64,000 nucleotides of DNA. Origin: Minisyncoccota bacterium (lineage in GTDB: Bacteria > Patescibacteriota > Microgenomatia > UBA1400 > PJMF01). Below are positions 37,878 to 46,365 of this stretch, in pieces. Below the pieces are notes generated by a model, which worked only from the letters and a program-made list of their open reading frames with translations, had not been told where the DNA came from and made no database searches. The translations under genes and the position numbers were made by a program. Position 1 is the first letter of the stretch; every line of letters begins with the position of its first letter. The stretch lies in NCBI GenBank assembly GCA_018657765.1, contig JABHWM010000005.1, forward strand, positions 65,138-129,137, written 5' to 3'.

Positions 37878-38813
37878 ATGAAAAAGGCCTTTTGGAAAAA
37901 TAAAACAGTGCTCGTTACTGGAGGGGCTGGGTTTTTGGGTTCTCACTTAGTAGACCTAATTAAAACAATGAATCCTAAAAAAATAATAGTTCCTCGATCT
38001 AAGGATTATGATCTAAGAGAAAAAGCTGTCTGTGCCAAGTTAGTAAAGAATATAGATGTAGTAATTCATCTAGCTGCTAATGTCGGAGGTATTGGTTATA
38101 ACCAAGAATATCCAGGTACGCTTTTCTATGACAACTTGATGATGGGTATTCATCTAATGGAAGAAGCTAGAAAAGCCAAAGTCAAGAAATTTGTGGGTAT
38201 AGGAACAATTTGTGCTTATCCCAAATTCACCCCAATCCCATTCAAAGAAGAGAATTTATGGAATGGTTATCCAGAAGAAACCAATGCTCCTTATGGTCTG
38301 GCCAAGAAAATGCTATTAGTTCAAGCACAAGCGTATAGAGATGAATATAATTTTAATGCTATTTATTTATTACCAGTCAATCTTTATGGCCCAGGTGATA
38401 ATTTTGACCCAAAGTCTTCTCATGTAATCCCAGCTTTGATAAAAAAGTTTGTAGATGCAAAAAATAAAAAGAAGCCTAGCGTAGAGATCTGGGGGACTGG
38501 TAAACCCACTAGAGAGTTTTTATACGTAGAGGATGCTGCTAAGGCCATTATTTTGGCTACAGAGAGCTATAACTCTACAGAACCAGTTAATTTAGGATCT
38601 AGCTTTGAAATATCTATCAGAGACCTTGCTCAGACTATTAAGAAAGTAGTGGGATATAAAGGCAAAGTAGTCTTTAATACAGATAAGCCAGATGGTCAGC
38701 CAAGAAGGAAGCTAAGTGTTTCTAGAGCAAAGAAAGAGTTTGGGTTTGAATCAGAGACTTCTTTTGAAGATGGTTTGAAAAAGACTGCAGAGTGGTATCA
38801 AGCACAAAAATAA
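37878..38813 (+). CDS. fcl: GDP-L-fucose synthase (GDP-4-keto-6-deoxymannose 3,5-epimerase/4-reductase)
   Basis: Blocks VLVTGGAGFLGSHL, catalytic YGLAKK, and LPVNLYGPGDNFDPKSSHVIPALIKKF. The last closely matches the Fcl signature NLYGPxDNFxxxxSHVIPAL. Confidence 0.85.
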   Translation: MKKAFWKNKTVLVTGGAGFLGSHLVDLIKTMNPKKIIVPRSKDYDLREKAVCAKLVKNIDVVIHLAANVGGIGYNQEYPGTLFYDNLMMGIHLMEEARKAKVKKFVGIGTICAYPKFTPIPFKEENLWNGYPEETNAPYGLAKKMLLVQAQAYRDEYNFNAIYLLPVNLYGPGDNFDPKSSHVIPALIKKFVDAKNKKKPSVEIWGTGKPTREFLYVEDAAKAIILATESYNSTEPVNLGSSFEISIRDLAQTIKKVVGYKGKVVFNTDKPDGQPRRKLSVSRAKKEFGFESETSFEDGLKKTAEWYQAQK

Positions 38814-38822
38814 GTTTACTCC

Positions 38823-39611
38823 ATGGTAAAAAAAGCTAAACCGTTTTTCTCTATTATTACTTGTACTAGAAATAGTGAGAAATTTATTTCACAAAACTTA
38901 TCTTCTATGAAGAATCAGACATTTAATGATTTTGAACATGTTTTTGTTGATGGAGAATCAACTGATGACACCGTTAAATTACTCAAAGAATATAAGAAAG
39001 ATAATCCTAAATTAAACATAAGAATATTATCCAAAAAACCTCAGGGTATTTCTAATGCTATGAATGAAGGAATTAAAAAATCCCGAGGGAAGTACATCTT
39101 TATTCTTCATAGTGATGATAGTTTTTATAATAATAGTATTTTAGAGAATAGTGCTAAATATCTTTTGAAAAATTTAGATTTGGATTGGATTTATGGAAAA
39201 ATCAGAGTGATCGATGAAAAAAGTAATGAGGTTGGTCATTTTCCAACTAAACGAATATTTCAAAAATCATGGAAATATTTATTGAAATTTATTAACTACA
39301 TTCCTCATCAGGCTGTTTTTACGAAGAAAGAAGTATTTGATGAGCATGGATTATTTGAAGAAAAATACAAATCGGCCATGGATCAAGAGCTGTGGTTGAG
39401 AATAAACTATAAAACAAAGTGGTCTTTTATTGATGCAACTATAGCTAATTATCGCATACACAAAAATGCACAGTCATCTGGTAAAGCTAATTATAAAAAG
39501 AATTTAGAAGAATATTATGGAATTCAAAGAAAATACTTAGTACTTTGGGAAAAACCGATATCTTTGTTGATAAATTATGTGGTTGAAAAAATGAATAAGA
39601 CAGTTAGATAA
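38823..39611 (+). CDS. family 2 glycosyltransferase
   Basis: Blocks FSIITCTRNSEKFISQNLSSMKNQ, FVDGESTDDT and ILHSDDSF. Confidence 0.75.
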   Translation: MVKKAKPFFSIITCTRNSEKFISQNLSSMKNQTFNDFEHVFVDGESTDDTVKLLKEYKKDNPKLNIRILSKKPQGISNAMNEGIKKSRGKYIFILHSDDSFYNNSILENSAKYLLKNLDLDWIYGKIRVIDEKSNEVGHFPTKRIFQKSWKYLLKFINYIPHQAVFTKKEVFDEHGLFEEKYKSAMDQELWLRINYKTKWSFIDATIANYRIHKNAQSSGKANYKKNLEEYYGIQRKYLVLWEKPISLLINYVVEKMNKTVR

Positions 39612-39652
39612 AAGCAAAATAAAAGATATAATAGAAAAACAATTTTCAACTT

Positions 39653-40480
39653 ATGAATAATAAAATTACAGTAATCAGACCAAGACCTAAATGGCAACTA
39701 ATTAATATTCGTGAGATTTTAGAATTTTCAGAGCTTTTTTATATATTTTCTTGGAGAGATATTAAGGTTAGATATAAGCAAACTATTCTAGGTATATTGT
39801 GGGCTATTTTGCAACCCTTGTTGTCGATGATAATATTTACTATTTTCTTTGGAAATTTTGCAAAAATTCCATCAGACGGGCTTCCTTATCCTGTCTTTGT
39901 ATTATTAGGTCTTATTTTTTGGGGGTATTTTTCCAGCTCTCTTTCAAGAGCATCTACTGTGTTTATAGATAATGAAAACCTTATAAAAAAAGTATATTTC
40001 CCAAGAGAGATATTGCTATTTTCAACAGTTATAACTGCCTTCATTGATTTTTTAATTAGCTTTTTCTTATTTATAATAGTAGCTCTTTTTTATAACATTC
40101 CATTTAATTTTCTATTTTTAAGTATGGTTTTTTTATCAATTTTAATTTCTGCATTGGCTAGTACTGGACTAGGGTTACTGGTTGCTTCAATAAATATTAA
40201 ATATAGAGATGTTAGGTATATTATTCCTTTTTTTCTTCAACTAATGATTTTTATTACACCAGTTATCTACCCTTTAAGCATTGTTAGACCATCTTTTCAA
40301 TTTGTTTTGTCAATGAATCCAATGGCTGGAGTTATAAATTCTCTTAGATCTTCCCTTGCCACAAATTCAATTTCTGATAAAAATAGTTTATTTATATCAA
40401 TATTATCTTCCCTAATTATATTTCTAATTGGAATGATCTATTTTAGAAAAACAGAACGTTATTTTGCGGATTTAATATGA
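39653..40480 (+). CDS. wzm: ABC-2 type polysaccharide/teichoic acid export permease
   Basis: 275 aa, six hydrophobic helices. N-terminal block WRDIKVRYKQTILGILWAILQPLLSMIIFTIFFG is typical of Wzm/TagG/KpsM permeases. Confidence 0.85.
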   Translation: MNNKITVIRPRPKWQLINIREILEFSELFYIFSWRDIKVRYKQTILGILWAILQPLLSMIIFTIFFGNFAKIPSDGLPYPVFVLLGLIFWGYFSSSLSRASTVFIDNENLIKKVYFPREILLFSTVITAFIDFLISFFLFIIVALFYNIPFNFLFLSMVFLSILISALASTGLGLLVASINIKYRDVRYIIPFFLQLMIFITPVIYPLSIVRPSFQFVLSMNPMAGVINSLRSSLATNSISDKNSLFISILSSLIIFLIGMIYFRKTERYFADLI

Positions 40481-41697
40481 AAAAAATTATTGAAGTAAAG
40501 AACATTTCAAAAAAATATAAAATTGGTGAAAATAAGCCATATTTAACATTACGTGATTCAATATCAAGCTTTTTTACAAATTTTTTTAATAAAAACAAAG
40601 AAGATAAATTACAAAAAGATGAATTTTGGGCATTAAAAGATATTAGTTTTACGGTAAATCAGGGTGATGTTGTTGGAATAATTGGAAAAAATGGTGCTGG
40701 AAAAAGCACATTACTAAAAATTTTATCAAGAATTACAACTCCTACTTCTGGAGAAATTAAAATGAGAGGAAGAGTTGGTAGTCTCTTGGAGGTTGGAACC
40801 GGTTTTCAACAAGAATTAACTGGAAGAGAAAACATTTTTTTAAATGGATCTATTTTAGGAATGAAACAAAAAGAAATAAGTAAAAAATTTGCTGAAATAG
40901 TTGATTTTGCTGAAATAAGCAAGTTTATAGATACCCCAGTAAAACATTATAGCTCTGGAATGTATATGAGATTAGCATTTTCAATAGCTGCTCACTTGGA
41001 ACCAGAAATATTAATCATTGATGAAGTTTTAGCAGTTGGAGATCAACAATTTCAAAAAAAATGTCTTGGAAAAATAGAAGACATATCTTCCAAGGAAGGA
41101 AGAACTGTTTTATTTGTAAGTCATAATATGACAGCTATTGAATCACTATGTAAGTCAATTATTCTGCTTGAAAATGGTAAAATAATTAAAAATAAAAATA
41201 AAAATAAACAAATTTATGATTATTCGAGGATTGCAAGAAATAGCTATAAGAAAGATTTGAAAATCAAAAATTCTTTAAAAATAGAAAATGTGAAACTATC
41301 ACCCAAAAAAATAAGCTGTGGAGATAGTACTTCTTTTTTTCTTAAAATATCTTCTCTAAAAAAAACAAAAATAAATGATATTTGTTTGATAATTTCAAAT
41401 AGTCTTGGATCTAGGGTTGGAATTGTAGACCTAAGAAATGTAAATAATTACCCACTGAATGTAGGTGAAAAAATATCTTTTAATGGAGAAATTAATAATG
41501 TAAACTTAATAGAAGGAAATTATGATGTTTCATTATATATAAAATACGACAATATTAATGAAGAACATTTGTTTAATTTAGATAAGTTTTTTGTGGAATA
41601 CAAAAAAAAACGACCAGGGTTATCCCAATATCAAGCAAGTGTCAGAGGCATCATTAATTTCAATGAAAAATTTAATTATAAAATAAATAAAAAATGA
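40477..41697 (+). CDS. wzt: polysaccharide export ABC ATPase with about 150-aa C-terminal extension (Wzt-like)
   Basis: Walker A GKNGAGKST, signature YSSGMYMRLAF, Walker B ILIIDEVLAVGD, H-loop VSHNM. A KNKNKNKQ linker follows, then a non-ATPase C-terminal domain (about 41224..41694) without TM helices. Confidence 0.85.
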   Translation: MKKIIEVKNISKKYKIGENKPYLTLRDSISSFFTNFFNKNKEDKLQKDEFWALKDISFTVNQGDVVGIIGKNGAGKSTLLKILSRITTPTSGEIKMRGRVGSLLEVGTGFQQELTGRENIFLNGSILGMKQKEISKKFAEIVDFAEISKFIDTPVKHYSSGMYMRLAFSIAAHLEPEILIIDEVLAVGDQQFQKKCLGKIEDISSKEGRTVLFVSHNMTAIESLCKSIILLENGKIIKNKNKNKQIYDYSRIARNSYKKDLKIKNSLKIENVKLSPKKISCGDSTSFFLKISSLKKTKINDICLIISNSLGSRVGIVDLRNVNNYPLNVGEKISFNGEINNVNLIEGNYDVSLYIKYDNINEEHLFNLDKFFVEYKKKRPGLSQYQASVRGIINFNEKFNYKINKK

Positions 41698-42566
41698 TAA
41701 AAAAAATTCTCTCACCACTTCATTATTCTTTTGTTTTTGTAAAAAATAATTTTTTACAAAAATATAAAACAATAATATATTTTTTTATTAAAAAAACTAA
41801 TAGAATAATAAATATAAAAATTAATTTTAAAAAAATAAAACTTTATTCAAGTGGTCAAATTGCAGAACTCCTATACACATCTGAGTTTGAAAAAGATATT
41901 TTAAGCATATATTCAAAGTATTTGAAAAAAGGAGATATTATAATAGATGTTGGCGCCAATATAGGTCTTTATTCAATTATTGCAGAAAAGTTTATTGGTA
42001 AAAATGGAAAAATTTATGCCTTTGAACCTTCTGAAGAAGTTTTTTTAAAGTTCAAAAAAAATATTAAATTAAATAATTCAAAAATAATAAACTTAAATAA
42101 AAAAGCTGTTTCAAAAAAAAATGGGAAAGTTGCACTAGTAGTAGATAAATTACTTGGAGATGGATATTCATATATTTCTAAAAATAAATTATTTTTAGAT
42201 ACATACAGTCATGTAGAGTCGATAACATTAGATTATTTCTTTAAAAGAAATAATCTTAAAAAAGTAAATTTCATTAAAATAGATGTAGAGGGTGGAGAAC
42301 TATCTGTTTTAGAGGGAGCCAAAAATATCTTATTAAGCAATAAAAAGCTTGTTATTCTTCTAGAAAACTCAAATGAGGGATTAAAAAGATTCGGTAATAA
42401 TCAAAAAGATCTATACTTATTTTTAAAAAATATGGGTTTTAAAATAGCAGCATGGGATAATAATTCAAAAAAATGGACTAATAAAATTTCTCAAACTAAA
42501 AAAATAGGAAATATTTGGGCTTATAAAGGAAATATGAAAGAAAGTATTTTTGATTTAAAACCCTAG
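41694..42566 (+). CDS. FkbM-family SAM-dependent methyltransferase
   Basis: Blocks IIDVGANIGLYSIIAEK, YAFEPSEEVF and IKIDVEGGELSVLEGA. Confidence 0.75.
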   Translation: MIKKILSPLHYSFVFVKNNFLQKYKTIIYFFIKKTNRIINIKINFKKIKLYSSGQIAELLYTSEFEKDILSIYSKYLKKGDIIIDVGANIGLYSIIAEKFIGKNGKIYAFEPSEEVFLKFKKNIKLNNSKIINLNKKAVSKKNGKVALVVDKLLGDGYSYISKNKLFLDTYSHVESITLDYFFKRNNLKKVNFIKIDVEGGELSVLEGAKNILLSNKKLVILLENSNEGLKRFGNNQKDLYLFLKNMGFKIAAWDNNSKKWTNKISQTKKIGNIWAYKGNMKESIFDLKP

Positions 42567-42569
42567 ACT

Positions 42570-44207
42570 ATGAAAAAAATAAAAGCAATAGTTCTATGTG
42601 CTGGTAAAGCAAATAGAGAAATACAATCCACAATTTCTACCTCTATTAACTCTTTAGCACCAATTAATGGCAAACCAGTCATTGGTTGGATAATTGATGA
42701 TTTGCTATCAAAAAAAATAGAAACAATTACCATTGTTATAAACAAAAATCAAAATAAAATAAAAAGATATATCACTAGTGCTTATAAAATGGAATCTATT
42801 TCAGTTGAAACTACTCATGGTTCTAATATAAATCAATCAATTAAAGATGGCTTAAAAAAAGATCTAAAAAAAGACAGAGTTTTAGTAATATTAGGTGATA
42901 CTTTAATTAATGAAAAAACTCTAAATTTAAAAGAAAGTTGTGCCTTTATATCGTTAGTTGATAACCCAAAAAAATGGTGTGTTATAGAAACAGATAATTT
43001 AGGTTATATAGTTAAATATACAAATAAAATAAACTCACTTTCTATAAAAAAAAGTAAAGCGCTTGCTGGTTATTATTATTTTTCTAGCAGTAAAGATTTA
43101 AATTTAGCTGTTAATAAAACCATTAGCAATAAACTGGAAAATATTAGCGATGTTTTAATGGAATATAGTAAAAAGAATAAAATAAAGGCAATATCAACTA
43201 AGAATTGGTTTGACTTTGGAAATATTGAAAACTTTTTAAAAGCAAAGAGAGAATTATTTTTACCTAGATTTTTTAATTCAATAAGAGTTAATAGTAATTT
43301 AAATATTCTTTATAAAAAAAGCTCCAATATCAAAAAATTAGAAGATGAATACAACTGGTATAAAAAAATACCAAAAAACCTACAACCATTCACTCCAAGA
43401 ATCATTTCTTTTGTGAAGAAGATAAAAAGTGCAGAAATAACTCAAGAGTACTATGGATATCCAACTCTTTCAGAATTATTTATATTTAGTGATTTTGATG
43501 CTGAAATGTGGAAAATTATTATTAAAAAAATATTAATGGTTCATGAAGAATTCAGAAAAAACAAAAATAAAATAAATAAAAATCAAATAAATAAAATGTA
43601 TTATTTGAAAACAATTAATAGATTAGAAAAATCAAAAATAAATAAAGATAACAAAAAAATAATAGAAGAAAAAACACTAATTTTAAATAATAAAAAGTTA
43701 AGGGGATATTTGGAGTTAAAAAAGGATATTTATAAATATTCTAATAAATTGTCAGAAAATTTAGAAAGCAGCATTATTCATGGTGATTTTTGTTTTTCAA
43801 ATATTTTATTTGATTTTTCAAGTCAAATAGTAAAATTAATAGATCCTAGAGGTAGTTTTGGAAATAAATCTATATTTGGCGACCCACGGTATGACATAGC
43901 AAAATTAAGACATAGCTTGTCTGGAGGATATGATTATATAAAATCAAACATGTTTGTTTTAAAAAAGCTAGGTGATAGTTTTTCATTAAAAATTGATAAA
44001 AATAAAAAACTAGATGACTTATCAAGTTACTTTGATATGCAAATATCAAAAAACGGATATAATAAAAGGGAAATAAAATTCATTGAAGGAATATTATTTT
44101 TATCAATGGTTCCACTACATGATGATAAACCAGACCATCAGTTAGCCTTTTATTTAATTGGAGTTGAAATATTAAATGAAGTATTTAGTTATGGAAAGTC
44201 TATATGA
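42570..44207 (+). CDS. fusion protein: N-terminal nucleotidyltransferase plus C-terminal APH/choline-kinase-type kinase (LicC-LicA-like architecture)
   Basis: N-terminus: AIVLCAGKANRE...LAPINGKPVIGWIIDDL and NWFDFGNIENF (sugar/phospho-alcohol nucleotidyltransferase fold). C-terminus: Brenner-type kinase motif IIHGDFCFSNILFD followed by KLIDPRG (43779..43855). Confidence 0.6.
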   Translation: MKKIKAIVLCAGKANREIQSTISTSINSLAPINGKPVIGWIIDDLLSKKIETITIVINKNQNKIKRYITSAYKMESISVETTHGSNINQSIKDGLKKDLKKDRVLVILGDTLINEKTLNLKESCAFISLVDNPKKWCVIETDNLGYIVKYTNKINSLSIKKSKALAGYYYFSSSKDLNLAVNKTISNKLENISDVLMEYSKKNKIKAISTKNWFDFGNIENFLKAKRELFLPRFFNSIRVNSNLNILYKKSSNIKKLEDEYNWYKKIPKNLQPFTPRIISFVKKIKSAEITQEYYGYPTLSELFIFSDFDAEMWKIIIKKILMVHEEFRKNKNKINKNQINKMYYLKTINRLEKSKINKDNKKIIEEKTLILNNKKLRGYLELKKDIYKYSNKLSENLESSIIHGDFCFSNILFDFSSQIVKLIDPRGSFGNKSIFGDPRYDIAKLRHSLSGGYDYIKSNMFVLKKLGDSFSLKIDKNKKLDDLSSYFDMQISKNGYNKREIKFIEGILFLSMVPLHDDKPDHQLAFYLIGVEILNEVFSYGKSI

Positions 44208-44563
44208 GAATAATTATTGATCTAGACGGAGTAATTTGTCCAATAAAGCTCCCTAATCAGACTTATGGAGAACTGAAACCAATCTATGGCTCAATTAAAA
44301 AAATTAAGAAATTAAAAAAAGAAGGTCATCATATAATAATTAATACTGCCAGAAATATGGCAACGCAAAAAAGCAATATTGGATTAGTTAATAAAAATAT
44401 CACTCTAATAACTTTAAAATGGCTGGAAAAATATAAGGTAGAATTTGATGAAATATTTTTTGGAAAACCTAATGGAGATGTTTACATTGACGACAGAGCA
44501 CTAAAATTTGATGGTTGGGAAACCATAACCACTAGAAATTTAGAAAAAGAATTTAAGAAATAA
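44204..44563 (+). CDS. small HAD-superfamily phosphatase
   Basis: 119 aa. Motif I IIIDLDGVI, motif II INTAR, motif III/IV K...GDVYIDDRA. ATGA overlap with the upstream gene. Confidence 0.65.
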   Translation: MRIIIDLDGVICPIKLPNQTYGELKPIYGSIKKIKKLKKEGHHIIINTARNMATQKSNIGLVNKNITLITLKWLEKYKVEFDEIFFGKPNGDVYIDDRALKFDGWETITTRNLEKEFKK

Positions 44564-45277
44564 ATGAAAATAATAATGCCAATGGCTGGGCTGGGATCTA
44601 GGTTTAAAAATAGTGACTATTCATTGCCAAAACCACTAATAATGGTTGAAGATAAGCCGATGTTTTTAAAATCATTAGAAAGCATAGATGGAATTAACTA
44701 TTCAGACATATATTTTATTGTTAAAAGGGAACATGACCTAAAACATGCTATTTCAGATATAATTAAAAAAAATGTTCCTAATTCTCATGTTTTTTTAGTA
44801 GATGATACTCCAAATGGACAGTTGATGTCTATTTTATCAATTGAAGAAAAAATTAATAAAGATGAAGACTTATTAATTATTAGCTCGGATACATTAGTTG
44901 TATCTAATTTAAAAAAGAAAGTTTTAAGTTTACCAGAAAGTTATAAGGGATTAATATCGCTCATAAACAAAAAAGGTGATCAGTGGAGCTTTGCAAAAAT
45001 AAATAGTTCTGGAGATGTAACTGAAGTTGCAGAAAAGAAGAGAATATCTAGTTTAGCCAGTACTGGAATATATTATTTTAAAAATGGGAAAGAATTTGTA
45101 AAATTATCTAAAAAAATAATAAAGAAAAAAATAAAAGTAAATGATGAATATTATGTAATGCCAGTATACCAAGAATATATAAATGCTAAATTTAAAATTA
45201 GCTCATCAATTGCCAAAGAAATGTGGGATATGGGAACTCCAAAATCATTAAAAGAATTTTTAAATAAAAAACAATGA
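44564..45277 (+). CDS. sugar-phosphate nucleotidyltransferase (GT-A-like NTP transferase fold)
   Basis: Blocks IIMPMAGLGSRF, LPKPLIMVEDKPM and a C-terminal MWDMGTPKSL. Confidence 0.65.
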   Translation: MKIIMPMAGLGSRFKNSDYSLPKPLIMVEDKPMFLKSLESIDGINYSDIYFIVKREHDLKHAISDIIKKNVPNSHVFLVDDTPNGQLMSILSIEEKINKDEDLLIISSDTLVVSNLKKKVLSLPESYKGLISLINKKGDQWSFAKINSSGDVTEVAEKKRISSLASTGIYYFKNGKEFVKLSKKIIKKKIKVNDEYYVMPVYQEYINAKFKISSSIAKEMWDMGTPKSLKEFLNKKQ

Positions 45278-46362
45278 TTAAAATAGCTATTCAAAACATC
45301 CACTTGGCTCCAAATATTTTTGACATAGGAATTCATGATTATATTTTAGAATTTATAAAAAATGGATATGCTCCATATATTTATTTTGAAGGTCTTTCTT
45401 TTAGAGAAAAAATATCAATTACTAACTCTCTAATAAGAGGAAATCACTCTAAAATTAGTTTAAAAAAAATAGAACCAATCTTCAATATTAATGAATTAAA
45501 TAGTAAGTGTGATGTTTTATTAAATTTTAATACTTATACAAAAGACCATGATTTTACTAAAAATATAAAAAAATTCAATGGGTTGAAAATTTGGCATGTA
45601 GGAGATTACTTTTGGAATGAGCCAGCAAGTGATATAAATAAAAGATTTGAAAAATTTGGAATAGATTATTTATTTGGATATTCATCTCATGATAAGTATT
45701 GCAAATATTTTCAAAAAACTTTTCCTAAATACATAGATAAAGTTTTACCAATTCCATTTGGATATCAAAAAAGATTTAAAGAAGTAAACTCCTTTAAAAA
45801 TAGAATAAATAAGTGTATTGCTCTTGGGAGTGTGAATCCACTTCGTCCACTAAATTACCCTGTGAATAACTATATAGAGTCAGCAGATTTTTTCCCAGAC
45901 GATCAATGGTTTCATAAGTTCCGAAGAAAAATAGTACTGAATAAAAATTATTTGGGAGGTGAAATTGATTCTATGCTTCCAGAATTTCCAAAAATAAAAA
46001 ACTTTGATTACGACTTAGTTGAAAAACTAAATAATTACAAGATGTTTACTTCATGTGAAAGCATATTTAATTTTCCTCCAGCAAAAACTTTTGAAGGAAT
46101 TGCTTCTGGCTCTGTTTTAATTTGCAGTGATCATGAGTGCAATAAAGAATATGGTTTTGTTGATGGCATTAACTGTGTAATGTATAAAAAACATAATATT
46201 ACTGATTTTAGAAAAAAAATAAGATATTATCAAAGTCATGAAAAAGAACTAATAAATATTAAAATAAATGGAAAAAAGCATGTAACAAAAAACTATAACC
46301 ATGTTTCAATATCAAAAAATATGTATAAGCAAATAAAAAATACTTGGAATAAAAAAAGTTAA
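45274..46362 (+). CDS. CgeB-like GT-B half-domain glycosyltransferase (Glyco_trans_1_2-like C-terminus)
   Basis: The C-terminal block FEGIASGSVLICSDHECNKEYGFVDGINCVMYK...RKKIRYYQSHEKEL resembles the CgeB/DUF3880-type GT family. The N-terminus has no recognisable motif. Confidence 0.4.
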   Translation: MIKIAIQNIHLAPNIFDIGIHDYILEFIKNGYAPYIYFEGLSFREKISITNSLIRGNHSKISLKKIEPIFNINELNSKCDVLLNFNTYTKDHDFTKNIKKFNGLKIWHVGDYFWNEPASDINKRFEKFGIDYLFGYSSHDKYCKYFQKTFPKYIDKVLPIPFGYQKRFKEVNSFKNRINKCIALGSVNPLRPLNYPVNNYIESADFFPDDQWFHKFRRKIVLNKNYLGGEIDSMLPEFPKIKNFDYDLVEKLNNYKMFTSCESIFNFPPAKTFEGIASGSVLICSDHECNKEYGFVDGINCVMYKKHNITDFRKKIRYYQSHEKELINIKINGKKHVTKNYNHVSISKNMYKQIKNTWNKKS

Positions 46363-46365
46363 ACA

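Noticed and set aside
41188-41212. AAAAAT-type tandem repeat (encodes KNKNKNKQ) as a stand-alone repeat element.
   Set aside because: It lies in frame inside wzt and acts as a low-complexity linker between the ATPase and the C-terminal domain. It is not an independent feature.
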